From Azolla caroliniana (taxonomy: Eukaryota; Plantae; Polypodiophyta), in NCBI GenBank assembly GCA_043228905.1, contig JBHGNT010000008.1:14570001-14634000 (forward strand): a DNA stretch of 64,000 nt. The letters run 5' to 3'. A program made the translations under genes and the position numbers. Below, one piece after another: positions 38,201-52,013 of this stretch (the stretch's first letter is position 1; every line of letters begins with the position of its first letter). A model generated the notes under the pieces. It was not told where the DNA came from. It saw only the letters and a list, made by a program, of their open reading frames with translations, and did no database searches.

Positions 38201-41111
38201 GACCGAATGAGCGGCTGAGTCGGGATGACCAATCGGATGAGGAACTGGCGAGTAGTGGAGACTCTGCCGTGGTCTCCCCGTGCAAGGAACCGAGGACACG
38301 GTTCACTCGCAAAGAGAAGGGGAAGAAGAAGATGCCGGAATACGAAACCGGCAACGTTGAGTCGGATTGGAGCGAATCCGACTCCGGAAAGGACCTGGCC
38401 AAGAAAGGCCCCAAACCGGGTAATACCAAGTTACGCCGGTCTTACCGCCAAAAGAACCCCGTGATGTAGTACGGGTACAATGAGTACATGTCGCATCACT
38501 ATGCGTACATGACCAAGGTGGCGGAAGTGCGTGAGCCGGAGAGCTACGCAAAAGCGGCAAAGGATGCCAATTGGCGTGCCACTATGGAGGAAGAAATGCG
38601 GGCACTTGATGCCAACGACAAATGGGAGCTAGTTGACCCTCCCCGACACTGTAAACCGATCGGATGTAAGTGGGTGTACAAGGTAAAGTACAATGCCGAA
38701 GGTTTGGTTAACCGGTACAAGGCCCGGTTAGTGGCGACGGGATACGCGCAGACCCACGGAATCGACTACGACGAGACCTTCGCCCCAGTAGCGAAGATGA
38801 CGACGGTTCATGTGGTACTAGCAGTTGTTGCGGCAAGGGGGTGGCATCTTCACTAAATGGACGTGAAGGATGCGTTTGTTCAAGGAGATCTTGAAGAAGA
38901 GGTCTTTATGACCCGATCCCCCAGTTTCCAGACGGAGATGAACAAGTCGGCGGTATGCCAGCTGAAGAAGTCACTCTATGGCCTGAAGCAAGCCGCCCAA
39001 GCTTGGAATGTGAAGATCACGCACCGGTTGCGTAACATGGGGTTTGTGGCCTCCAAGTCCGACTCTTCGTTGTTCATTCGGCAAGGTCAGGACAGTCCGA
39101 TTTGCATTTTGCTATATGTTCATGATCTAGTCATCACCGAACCCAGACCCGATGAAATTAGCCAAGTCAAGGCCTAGTTGTCGGACGCATTTGAGATGAA
39201 GGACTTGGGGGACCTGCACTATTTTCTTGGGATCGAGATGATCCGAACCCCCGACGGCATATTGCTCTCACAAAGACACTATGTGTTGAATATGCTATAC
39301 AAGTTCGGCATGACGGAATGCCGACCTATCTCTACACCCCTGAACCGGAACCAGAAGCTCCGTCCCAACTCCAGACCAGGCTGCGATGAGCAACGGTTCC
39401 GACAAATCGTCGGAAGCCTTATATATTTGACAATCACCCGACCTGACATCAGTTATCTGGTCGGCGTGATCAGCTAATATATGCAGAAGCCGACCATGGA
39501 GCACCGTTTGTGTGCGCATCGAATTTTGCGATATTTGAGCGGCACGAAGGAATGAGGACTGTTATATTGGCATCGTATAACCGAAGAGCTAGTTAGCTAC
39601 ACTGATGCCGACTAGGCCCGGCGATGCATCGGATTGCCGATCCACCTCCGACTATATGTTTTCCCTTGGTAGCACGGTTGTTCCGTGGAGCAGCCAACAA
39701 TGGCCCTTTCGAGCACTAAGGTTGAGTACCGAGGTCCTACTGTTGCCACTTGTGAAGCCATTTGGCTTCGGCAACTGCTACACGCCCTGAGAATTGAGGT
39801 GACGACCTTGATCCTGATCTACTGCGACAACATAAGCAGCATGCAGCTCACCAAGAACCCCATATTCCATGCTCGCACAAAGCACATAGAAGTGCACTAC
39901 AACTTCGTGCATGTCCTGAGCGGTGAAGTCGAACTTCGGTATGTTCATACAGATCGGCAAGTTGCCGACATCTTCACCAAACCACTCGGATCAGACAAGT
40001 TGCAGCACTTCACTGAAATGCTTGGTGTTCAACATCTCGACGTGCCACAGTTGAGGGGGAGAACGGGAAAAGACTCCGGAAAAGGCAAAGGCAAAGAGAC
40101 TGCTGATTGCGCCGGTGAGGGAAGAACCGACAAAGAGAGAGACAAGAAGAAGAAAGGAGCCGAGTCGACAACAAAAGTTGACACATCCGAACAAGTCGAA
40201 GCAAGCGGCAACGGCGGCAGAGTCAAGAAGGACAAAGCCGACCGGAAGAAGAAGGCCAACACCCGGACATGGTCCGATGTGAAGGGCCTGGAATTGGAAG
40301 ACGAATCGGGAGCGACCGATTCAGATAAGAGTTCGAACAAATCCGAGACACCCGATTCGGTTCAACAGCCGGATTTGGAAGAACCGGATCAAGTCTAGGC
40401 CAAGAGGACGAGAAGGCAACGAAAGTTGACGCCAACACGAAGGAATCGGCGAATTGGCAAGCACCGAAGTCATAGCAGTGAGGGAGCTAAATTGGGCCTG
40501 CTGAGCAGACAAGCTGACCGAGGAGGTCGAGATGCGCAGAAACAGAAGGGTCGCGGCAAATGGGACCAGACCGAATGAGGAGCGCGAGCAAAGTGGAGTG
40601 ATGCCAGAAGGAGCCAGGTGGAAGGACCGGCTATCATGGACACTGACACTACAATCTGACCTCAAGTTGAGCTTGAGGGGGAGTGTTGAGTGGCAAGCTC
40701 AACCGGATCCGGATCGGCATCCGGGAGGATGAAGCCGGATCGGTGAGACGGATCAGACGGATCGGCAAGAAGGTGAGCAAGTGAGCCGGTTAGCTGGGGA
40801 GCCGGTTAGCTGGAACAAACAGTAACCGAAAGCCTAGTAGTAGCCTAGACTACTAGGTAGTTAATAGTCTCGTAGTTAGTGTCAAACGCTCGACTGAGCA
40901 TTGAAGTACACGGTACTTCTGTCAGTCCTCTTAGGACTTGTATAAATAGTGTTATTGAGCACGTTTTATGTACAGAGAACTACTATTGTTTTGTAATAGA
41001 TTTAAGTTGTTCTGCTCTTTCTCTGTCTCTCATGCGTACTGTAAAGCTTTCCATTAAACCTACGTGTTTTCTATGTTCGTTTTCTATTGCTTCCGCACAT
41101 AATCTTTTTCA
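35259..41111 (+). mobile_element. Ty1/copia LTR retrotransposon, full length and degenerate, same family as 5275-10997
   Basis: 5' LTR 35259-35710, PBS TGGTATCAGAGC 35711-35722, 3' LTR 40684-41111, perfect TSD TGTAT. gag-PR-INT-RT-RH fragments lie at ~35793-40400. Confidence 0.96.
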
Positions 41112-42329
41112 TGTATGAAGAAGGAAACAAACCCACAATTCAAGATGGAGGGCCAAAGGCTTTAGAAACGAGCCAATAAACCCATTGTGGGCCAACAAAT
41201 GTGACAGATGATGATGTGTCTCCAACAGGTAAGGGTTTTGATCAGGTTAATTGATACAAAATGTTTTGTTGTAATTCATATTATACATTGTTGCCATTGT
41301 GAAATCAGGTGGATTTGACACCCTCTCAATGTTCAAGTATGTTGGAGATCAGATGGGGATCAAATGCCGAGTATGAATAGTTCTAGAGTTGTGTTAGGAA
41401 AACTCCTGATGGTTTTATAAGAAAGTGGATCTAGAGATACATTTATTGAAGGAATATGGCATTAGGACCGTGCTTCCAAGTGGGTTGAAGGTAGTGGAAG
41501 AGGAGAAAGCGTTAGAAGGTAGTCCTAGATACTTTAGTCACTACGAACAAGTAAAACCAATCAAGCGCTTTTTCCATTTTGATCTAAAATACAATAAACC
41601 CATTGTTTGTTCTAGTTAAGAATGTGAAGTCAATTTTTGCTTGCAAGAAAAGACCATGGAAAATACATTGGATCCTAAGGTGTATAAGAATAAAGCACGA
41701 TATGAAAGCTTCAAGAGTTAAAACAAGAAAGAACTTGAAGGGATATAACGCCAGAGGCGTTTTTCAAAAGTAGAAAAAGCATCAAAAAAGAAAAAGAAAA
41801 AAAGACGCATAAAAAGCAGGGCAAAGAAAAAAGCTCATAGCTTTTTCATCTCATATCCAAATTTCAAATGAAAGGATTCGTAATAAAGCTGAAAAAGAGA
41901 TCTTTCTTGTATCATAAATTTGGGATGACAAAGCAGAAGTAGTGATATAAAAAAATGCCTCACATACACTCGAGGATATGTAAAAATAAAAGAAAAGAAA
42001 AAAACAAGAATAACGCAACTAAAAACCTATAAATAGGATGGTATTCTTAGCCATTGGAAGAGAGAAAGGATAAGAAGGCTAGCAAAAGTGAGAGGAGGCT
42101 TAGTAGAAAAAAGAAAGAAGAAAGAAAGACTATTATGAACTAGTGTCATTGAGATTAGAGTAGTTCTTTGGGGTTGTTACTTTTGGAGTCTAAGAAGATG
42201 GTATTTTTTTCCTAAAGGTTTATCATAGGATTCCTTTCTCTTCGTTTTCTCTTCTCTACCTCTCCATCATTTTGGCACTCCAGGAGGCCAGATTCAGTTC
42301 GTACCATTCGAAGGTCTTGTTTCTAGCCA

Positions 42330-44824
42330 ATACGGCTTTTCAGTTTGCCTTTGCAGATGATGGGGTCCAAGATATGGTCCAAGACATTTGCAAGAGTAGT
42401 GGCTTCTTGTCTCAACTTATCATCGAGGTTGATGCATGTTAAGAATCAACAATGATATTGTTCGACTCATTGCTTACCACTTCATATGCCACCTTCAGAT
42501 TTGTTTCTTTAACCTGCTCATTTACTTTCTTCTTTCTTTGCACAATATCAATTATTTCATCATGAAATTCCTTTTTAACAATACCAAACACTTCCCTTAG
42601 TGTAAATTCTACTTGAATGTCTAGTATTCTTATTTCTAAAATTTTCTTTAAATCTGTATCCTTTTCAATATCAGACATTAATTTGAATGAAGGACCAGAT
42701 TTACCTTTTCCAACTTTTGAGTCCATCTCTTTTCTTTTGCTTTCTCTTGTTTCATGCTTCTTTGTTGAGCCAATCTCATCATCCGACCTTTTCCTTTTTT
42801 CTTCCACTATCACCTCGTGGTCTTGGTGTTCTGCCATCTTAGCATAAACTGTCGTACCATCTACTGGAACATCCCATCTAGTGTTTTTTCATACAGAATC
42901 TCTGGCCACACGAACGTCTTCCATCTTCATCTTTTGCTTTTGTGCGGTACTTACAACCTTCTCCCAGAATGATGATCGGGATGGCATGTCATCGAGGCGC
43001 ATTCCTACCGTTCTCGAGTAGTACATTGTGGAAGCCTTCTTTGCTTCAACTTCTTCAAATTTAACCTTAACACCACCATCACCAAAGTTCTTTGTAAGTG
43101 GACTTCTAGTTTCAGTTAAATAAATGTTACCATTTTTCCAACACACCAAGTCTCGATTTTCCATGTTTTTATATTTTGCGCAATCACGTAATATGTTCGC
43201 GACTATCACACCACATTCATCGAGGTTGAAATGGTTCCCTTGACCTTGAAGTCTGACCATTCTGAAGCTTTGCCACTTTAATTGTTAGATCTTTCATACT
43301 TTGAGCTAAATCATCAAGCAAAGACTCACTCTTAGTTTCGATCATTTCTCGTGGTTGATGGACCATTTCGTGTGATGGTTCTCGACCAAGTCTTTGAACT
43401 TCGATGTTTTGCTCAAGCCGATTTGTAATTCCCACATGCAGTATTTGTAGCATTGCACCATTCCTTTGCATTCTTTTCATAAATTTATTACAAGCATTTG
43501 TTATCTCATTCCAATCTACAGTTATACCATCCTTGGTATTTGGTACTTCAAGCATAAATTCCAATTCTTTTCTATATCTCTTGTCAACTGCCTACAAAAA
43601 TAAAGCAACCTTTTGCCAAGACAAAGAATTTATTTCTTTTGGCTTCAAGTGTCCATACACTCTATCAAACTCTTTTTTTGTGTCAACCACAGATAATCCT
43701 TTATTTTCTTCTAGGACCCATTCATGGAATGAACGCATAGTAATGCGAGAGAAATCCTCACGAGCATATTCAGACACAAGTGCTTCTTTGAATGCATTCC
43801 AATCTAAACTATGCAATGTCTATATTTCATGAATTCTATCTCTTAATTCCATGTCCACTAATTTATAAAAGTTTGCTATCATATTGACATCACTCATACC
43901 AGACATTTCCATTTCATCATAATATATATTCACATACTTTGAAATATTTGTGCCATCAAACATACCAATCTTCTCTTGGACTTCTCGTAAGGCATGAAAT
44001 AATCGATCTTCATTCAACTTTTCAATAAACAACATTACCGGATCCATTGTACTCGTACTTGCCATGTTGATGTTGATCTTTACTTTAGATGTCTCTTCTA
44101 GTTCCCCGTTTCACGTCGGGTTCACCAGATTGTGGTGTGGCGTGGCTCGCCTAGAAGCGTAGCGTTGCATAGACAGAAGATAATGTGAAAGTGAGGAAGG
44201 AATCACTGGGATTTTGGACGAAAGAGACGAAAGAGTAGTAATAGATCAATAGTGATCAACAAGATGTGACAAGATAGGATATAGAATGATAATTGAAGCA
44301 ATAAAAGAGATTTATAATTATTTGATGAAAGAGTTACAAAATATGTGCGAGCGTTGTTTAATTCGAACTTTGTCTCACAAGGTAGACCACAATCTTCGCT
44401 TCTATCGCTCTTCCCTCTCTTGATAGTAGATCACGATCTTCTCTTCTATCTTTCAATGAGATAAGACTAGAATCTCCACCCTTTTTGTTGAGAATTGAGC
44501 ACCACAACCGCCAACTTAGAGAGTCTCTTGTATATTGACCTTCTTTTCTTGTTTCTCTATTGTGATATCTCTTACAACATAACTCTATTTGATATATATA
44601 ATATAGTTCTTTTGATATTGATCGATTGGTTGATTTCTCTTGTGACTATACTCCCTTCTCCTTTTATAGGGAAGAGATGGTTCTACATGTGGGCCATGTG
44701 GCGCACATGCAGAGAAGCTCTTGCATGTGTGTTATATGGTGCACATGCAGAGAGACTTTTGCATGTGTGCTATATGGTGCACATGTGGTACATTTCATGG
44801 TTTAAACCATACAATACTACAACA
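42330..44824 (-). mobile_element. tRNA-Trp-primed gypsy-like element fragment: LTR, PBS and degenerate gag
   Basis: PBS reverse complement TTCACGTCGGGTTCACCA at ~44110-44127. LTR from 44131 (right boundary uncertain). gag-like ORF pieces 43820-44065, 43592, 43217, 42889 and 42439 (FDGTNISKY, homologous to FNGNDVSRY of the other Trp elements). Confidence 0.7.
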
Positions 44825-45222
44825 CATATATTTTATATACATCACAAGTATAGGCTAAATGGTAAGGTTTGAATGCCCGTAAGGTTGGGGTTGTTGCTTC
44901 AAGTCCCCTTTTGCCCATGTAATTTGCTATATGGTGTATTACATGGTTTAGACTATAAAATACTACTTCAAATAAAACAACGCATATGATCTCTAGTGAA
45001 TTGTTAGTATAGGCTAAATGGTAAGGTTAGAGTGTTATAAGGTGGGGATTATTGGCTCAAATCCTCTCTTGTCTGTGTAATATAACTTATTTATTTATTT
45101 ATTTACCTCTACATATAATGTATAATATTATCATAGTGTGTTGTTAATATTATCTTTATGTATAAAATATTATCAAGATTTATTTTATTTTAGTTATGTA
45201 TTTATCTTATTGTAGATTTTTA

Positions 45223-45830
45223 ATGTGAAGCTTTCGTACTTCACGACACCGTATCAGGCCGGATGCATCCGGATGGCGACGGAACTGGATCCGGACAGGT
45301 CGGGCCGGTTGGATAGGTTAATCGAGATGCACAATGTCTTGAAGATTTCGGTGCGAAATGAAAAAGCTATGTCATTTCTTTAAGTTATATTTCTATCATT
45401 ATACTTTCACATGTAAATTCTCATACATGAGAGCTTGAATGAGTGACATGGTTATCATGCAACACATGTAATGCATGAGCGCCAAATGACAAACATGCAT
45501 CTCATGCATTACATGCATGTCTTGCACCCTCACATGCATCATATGCATGGGGGCATCTATAAAAGAGGGGATGAGGAAGAAAAACGGAGCTATGTATTAA
45601 TCAAGAAATTTAAAAAAAGAAAATTCATTATCCCATTTGGTGATGTATTAATCTTGTCTCTCAAATCTAAAGTCAAGGGTTTAATCTCAATCCCTCTCTC
45701 TCCATATCAATCTCTCTCAATCTATCTTAAATCCTTTCTCGCTAATGCTAGTGCAAACTTCGAATCCTTTTGGTCTAGGACCCCGACGGTCCTGCCTCAC
45801 GATCTGCACATAGTGACGGATTTTCACGAC
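45223..45830 (+). mobile_element. Solo or partial LTR related to 46314-47121
   Basis: Shares TATATTTCTATCATT...CATGCATCATATGCAT...CTATAAAAG and the end GTGACGGAT..TTCACGAC with 46314-47121. It is followed by a 60-bp LTR-end fragment of the 21046-27323 family (45830-45889). Confidence 0.7.
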
Positions 45831-46129
45831 GTGTATAGAATACTACGGAAAACCTTACAAGAAGATATTATATGGTCATGCCCGTAACAGTTTTGGCATA
45901 TCCATTTCCATGGATTTACATGTAATACTCCTTAAAGGGCAATCTTGTTCTTTAGTGTTAGTAAGACCTTGCATCCAAGAATTACATGTAATACAAGATT
46001 GGAGTATGATGAACTTATCACCATCAAAGAGGTTTAACTTCTTCTACGAATTGTATCTACAATGAGTATTCAAATGTATAAAGGAGAAGAAAACATCTAA
46101 TCACAATGAAAAGCAAGAAGAGGAAATTA

Positions 46130-47400
46130 TAACTAGTCATGGATCTTCGTGGGATAGGAAATTATAACTTGTATCTCAACACTCCCCTTCAAGCTCAACT
46201 TGAGGTTCTGCCTGCTCTTCCAGTTCTTCGCTCCGGCTTCTCTTGGCTTCACTCCTCGCTCGTACTCCTTGACCCATTCGATTCCGCGTACTTTGACTCT
46301 TCTAGTACGACGTTGTCGTGAAGATTTTCGGCAATAGTGTGAAAATCCCATAAAACGTACGAAATCGAGTATGAATCACATAGTACAATAATTGTGAAGA
46401 TAACATTTTAAATAAATTTAATATCTAAGTACAAAATGATGGAGGTTTCGAATGCACTTTATTACACGAGAAACGGACAACTAAATATCTAGATATGAGG
46501 GTATAAAGTTTGTGAAAGGAAAAGAGAAAATTGTGAGATATCCCACATAGGCACGACAAATACGGCTCTCATCATATATAAGGTGGAGCAAAAGATATTA
46601 TCTTTGTGTCTATGTGTGGAGCATAGAGAGTTCAAGGTAACTTGAACTAAGAGTGGAGGTGGGCCCATGCTATTTAGTTGAAATTATATTTCTATCATTG
46701 TACTTTTACATGTAAATTCTCATACATGAGAACTAAAATGAGTGACATGGTTATCATGCACCACATGTAACACATAAGCGCCAAATGGCAAACATGCAAT
46801 TTATGCATGTCTTGTACCCTCACATGCATCATATGCATGAGAGCATCTATAAAAGAAGGGGGAGGACAAAAAACACGGTTTTTTTTTTTTATGAAATTAA
46901 GAAGAAGAAATTCGTTATCAAATTGATGGTGTAACTTGTTTCTTAAATCTTAAGTTATAAGTTCAATCAATCTCTCTCAATCGTTTAATCTCAACTTCTC
47001 TCTTTCCCAATCTATCTTAAGTACTTTCTCGCCAAAGCTTGTATCGACTTTGAATCCATCCGGTCCAGAACCCCGGCGGTTCCGCCTCACGATCCGCGCG
47101 TAGTGACGGATCTTCACGACAACGTTCTTCAACTCATCTGGTTCCGCGCACCTCGACCTCTACGGTTAGCTTGTCTACAGTTCCTGCTTGCCTACCTGCC
47201 GATGGGAGAGATTGAAGCCACTCAACCTACAGAAAGGGCAGCTAAAACCAACCAACCGGGTTTGTGCTTACTACTGATAAGCACACTAAAAGATATTAGG
47301 ACTGCGAGGGAGTATGCTTCCTTGGCCTTCCTCAACTTCTCTGTTGCTTCCGTATAGGCACATATGGACCCGTCGGCTGCGAGGTTTTAGTTGCTTGCGT
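46130..47400 (-). mobile_element. Remnant of a copia 3' end (PPT and LTR start), interrupted by the solo LTR
   Basis: CTCAACA-CTCCCCTTCAAGCTCAACTTGAGG is the reverse complement of PPT+LTR start; homologous to 50634-50830. Confidence 0.7.
46314..47121 (+). mobile_element. Solo LTR with 4-bp TSD, inserted in a copia 3' remnant
   Basis: TGTCGTGAAGA...TCTTCACGACA terminal inverted repeat; perfect TSD ACGT. Confidence 0.9.
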
Positions 47401-47401
47401 T

Positions 47402-50284
47402 TGTAGCATAATGGTAAAGTTGAGGTTTGGCTACGTGGAGGTACATCTTGCCCTATGCACGTGATAAATATTTTGATATTCTTATTTTATTTATTTATAT
47501 GTAATTAAATCGGTTATATTATTTTTACTTTTTCACGTAGTGTACGAAATACACTACAACACTCGCCCCCTCCGAACCCGCACATCCTCCGGTATGTGCC
47601 GAAGTTGCCGATGCTCGTTGTCTCCCCTTCATCCTCCGTTTGTCCCGCTATGTCAACTTTGTCTCTCCATTTTGAGTAGACCCATTCTTTCCACCCGAAC
47701 CATTGTCGCCATCCGATCCACCATATTCTTTGTTCTCTCTCATCATATTCTTAGCCCTTGTCATTCGTGGTAGTGTCTTTTACTGGCCTCTTTCTTGTCT
47801 TCATCAACCTTGACTTTTTTCCGGATCGCTCTCGTCCGATCGACTTTCGGTTTGATCGGCTTCCGATCGGATTCGTATTCGGCCGAATCGAACTCGGTTG
47901 ATCGGTTTTTACCGATTCGGCCCCCATCCGGGTCGGTTTCGATCTATCGGTTTCGGTTTCGGTTGGCTTTCTTTTCCTCGTTTTCACTAGCCTCGACCGG
48001 TTCAACCTCCGACTAAGTCGGATTAGCTTCTTTCCGGATTGGTCTCGTCCGATCGGCTTTCGGCTAGGTCGGCTTCCATCTGTATTGGCGTTCGGCCAAG
48101 TCAGACTCGGTCGATCAGTTTTGACCGAGTCGACCCCTTTTCGGGTCGGCTTTCTTTCGAGTCGTCTTTCGGCCGAATCCTCATTCGCCCGGTTCAGCTT
48201 TCGTTTGTGTCGTCTTTCGGCCGAATTCTCTTCCTTTCGGTTCGGCTTTCTTTCGGGTCGACTTTCGGTCGAATCCTCTTTTACCCGGTTCGGCTTTCTT
48301 TCGGATCGGAATCCCGTCCGGATCACCTTCCATCCGAACCGGCTTCCGACTTTACCTTTCTTGCTGCCACCTCCCGTCTCTCCGGTCTCACATTGGTTCT
48401 CGGACACAACCGCCGAAGTCTCTAGAATTAGTGGGTAGGACTCCTCGGTATTATCATCCTCCGTTGTTTCACTCATAGCCATATTCTCGGCTATCTCTCC
48501 GTCATACGCATTGGCTTCGACCTTTGTTTTCTCTCCGCCACCTTCCGTCTCTTCGGTCTCATGTTGCCTTTCGAACACAACCGCCGGAGTCTCTGGAATC
48601 AGTGGTGGGGAAGTCTCGATATGGCCATTCGTCGTTGATTCGTCCATAGCCACCTTTGATTCGATGTCATCTTTCGTGGCGACCTCCTCAATCAAGTCCT
48701 CCTTGCTCTCTTTCACTGCATCAATTATGCTTACCCCTTTTTCACCCGATGTTTCGGACACTTGTATTCTGAAGTCTTCTTCTACACTTGGGTTATCGGC
48801 CTTATCCTTCGTCATTGTTCTTTCGCAAGACAAGAGGGTAGCTTGTTTTACACCCTCTTCCATCGCACCATCATGTTGTATTTCGGCCTTCATATCGGCT
48901 CCATCGTTTGTCTTCAATCGACCATCCTTCATCGGCCATGTCGTTGACAAGATTCTCATCTTCCTCTCATCATGTCTCCGGCATACCCTTTGGACTTCGG
49001 CCCAATCTTCGGTAAGACCATTCGCACCGTCATCGTCTTCGAGTTCGATCCCGATGTCCATCCTTTCTTTTCGATCGATCGATTTTACGAACATAAGGAC
49101 TTTATCCTCCCCCACCAATCGTTGTTCCCGCTCCGAGAGTCGAGCAAGACGATGCTCGAACTCTAGGAATGCTTGTGTTGCACTTCGGTGGGTCTTCTCC
49201 GATGCCACCCATTCGTCAAACTCGCGTCAATCTCGTCCCTTCGATCTCTCGTAGTCATATGCCTCTCGTAAAGCTTCTTCAAAGGACCCCCATGTTGGGT
49301 TTTGTTGCCGTATCTTGTAGATTCTTTCTTGTAACTCATCCGTGGCTACCCGATTGAAAGATATCACTGGCAATCCTTCCGGTATCCCACATCGCATCAT
49401 CTCCTCCTTGTAGTCATGTAGATAGCGTGACACATCATTTCCGTTGAATTGCCCGTTTTGTTGCACAAGCCGCTCTACTGCCGACTTCATCTTTGACATC
49501 GCACGTTGCTCTTGTTGCATCCGCTCAATCATCATCATCATCATGCTCATCGCCTCTTGTTGATTTTCCATCTCCTTGCCACCCGTCTTCACGTCGGGTT
49601 CACCAAATGTGTCGTGCCTTTCGGCGCCGGATCGTTGCGTGAGTCGGGTGGGAACCACTGAGGTTTTGGACTAGGAGAAAGAAGAATATGAGATGAGGCT
49701 AGTAATGAATAGATTATTAGAAAGAGAGATAGAAATTTCGTGAATCCCACGAGTGTATTGTATTCGATTAATCAATATTTAGATAAGAATATGTATTTAG
49801 ATTGAAAGAAAGATATAAGAAACTTGTGAATCCCACAAGTATAGATTATATTATTTTCGTGAATCCCACGATTATATTAATCGGTTGGTGTTTTCGGAAA
49901 TATATCCAATTTCCAAATATTTCACATACCTATTACATTGTGCTCCCCATCCTTATGTAGTGATGAGAGAGACTAAGCATAGCTACATGCTTTTTTTCTA
50001 ATATGTTCATGCACACTAAATGTGCATGTAATGCTTTTCTAATCCTTGCTTTCATTTGCTAAATATAGTGCTCATGCACGCTAGATGTGCATGAGTCACT
50101 TTTTAGTTGCTGCAAGCATCTTGTATCTTAGAGGTGCAAGGTTCAAACCTTGCTTGCATCCCTTTGTATGAACTCAAGTGCCACTAGGCCTTAGGCATAT
50201 TTGCTAAGTGTATGTGCAATGTTGCACATCCTTGGTTTATTCGTCTCACTCGGTTTCACACCGTAGCCGAAAGTCGTCACGACA
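47402..50284 (-). mobile_element. Non-autonomous gag-only LTR element, tRNA-Trp primed
   Basis: LTR 49610-50284, PBS reverse complement at ~49588-49605, gag-like ORF 49568-47751 with one stop, PPT next to 47561, truncated 3' LTR 47402-47561. No pol. Confidence 0.8.
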
Positions 50285-52013
50285 ACGCAGACGAACATAG
50301 AAGAATGACAAGAAGGTTTAATGGAGATCTTGATTAACACAGCATACATAGGAGAGAGAGAGAGAGAGCAAGAACAAAAAGGAACTCAAATTCAATAATA
50401 CTCTAAAAACTCTGTTACTTTGTACATAGGATGCGCTCAGAGAGCGCTTTTATACAAGTCCATACGGACTAACAGAAGTACTGACTTGTACTTCAATGCT
50501 CATCAATAAGCCCCTACACTAACTCCCAAAATATATTCCTTAGCGGAATATCTATCCAATGGCCTTTCAGTTTACGCAGCGTTATGACCTCTCGTTGTGC
50601 GCTCGGTTTACGCACTCAATGTTGAGCTTATATCTTAACACTCCATCTTAAACTCAACTTGAGGTTCCACTTGCTCTTCCGGATCTTCGCTCCGGCTTCT
50701 CCTGGCTTCACGCCTCGCTAGCGCTCCTCGACCCGTTCGATTCCGCGTACTTCGACTCTTCTGGTACAACACTCTTCGACTCATCTGGTTCCGCGCACGT
50801 CGACTTCTATGGTCGGCTTGTCTACTTCCTTGGCATTCCTCAGGTTCCCCATTGTTGCCATGTAGGCACCTATTGACCCGTTGGCTCCTCCATATTGGTG
50901 TTGGTTTCGGTTGCCTCCTTTCATGCTTGGCCCGTCGATTTGACTCTTCCAAATCGAACATTTCGATTGTATCGGTCACTTCCGATTCTCTATCGAATCA
51001 GTTGTCTCCGATTCATCCACCTCAAGACCCTTGACGACATCTGCCCATATTTTGGTCTTCATCTTGACACAGTCGGCTCTGTCCTCTTCGATTCTGCCGC
51101 CTTTCTAGCCCTTCTCGGCTTTTCCTCCCCTTGGTTCGATTGGCTCTGGCCTCCCCCTGCATCTGGCTATCCTACGATTAGCCGACCTTCTTCCATCTGT
51201 CCCCTCGTCCACGGCTTCTTCGGCTTGAACGGACTCTTTGACTTCTTCAGCCGGGCCGAAATCGAATTCGTCATCCGTGTCGGCATATCGATATGCTGTA
51301 GGGAAAGCATACTCAAAAAATGTTGTAACTTGTCGAGACCAAGAGGTTTGGTGAAGATATCAGCAATCTGTCGATCAATCGAAACATGCACTAGTTCAAC
51401 TTCCCTAGAGAAGACTCACTCGTGACAAAATGATAGTGCACCTCGATGTGCTTTTTCTAGGTATGGAAGATGGGGTTTCTCGCAAGTGGGATGCTGTTGA
51501 GGTTGTCGTAGTAGATTGTCATCCGAGCGGACACCTCCTCTTGCAGATCCCGTAATAGCCTTTTTAGCCAAATGACTTCGCACATAGCGAGAACCACCCC
51601 TCGATATTCGGTCTCCGTGTTCGACAGTGCCATTGTTTGCTACTTCTTACTGCTCCAGATGATCGCCGCACTTCCCAAGGAGAATGCATATCCTAATGTT
51701 GATCTGCGATCACTAGCATTTCCAGCCCAATAGCCAACTAACTATCCTTAGTGCCGCTGACATACCGTAATATCATGTGCGCAAACTAAAGGTGTTTGGA
51801 CGTGGGTTGCGACATAAATTGATTGATCAAGTCGACCAGGTAACTGAGATCCGGCCAAGTGATCATCAAATAAATTAGGCTTCCAACAATCTATCGGAAC
51901 CGTGTCGGGTCACACGCCTTCCCCGAATCTCGGCGAAGCTTTGCATTTTTGTCCAGAGGGGTCGAGATAGGGTTACGATTTGCCATTCAGAACATGAAGA
52001 GCATATTTAGTGC

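Noticed and set aside
41120-41680. Possible upstream exons of the MULE gene or a host gene
   Set aside because: Looks like decayed coding sequence with splice-like sites, but no motif could be recognised.
41681-42310. Possible additional solo LTR (A-rich, CCTATAAATAGG TATA-like site)
   Set aside because: Could not define termini or a TSD.
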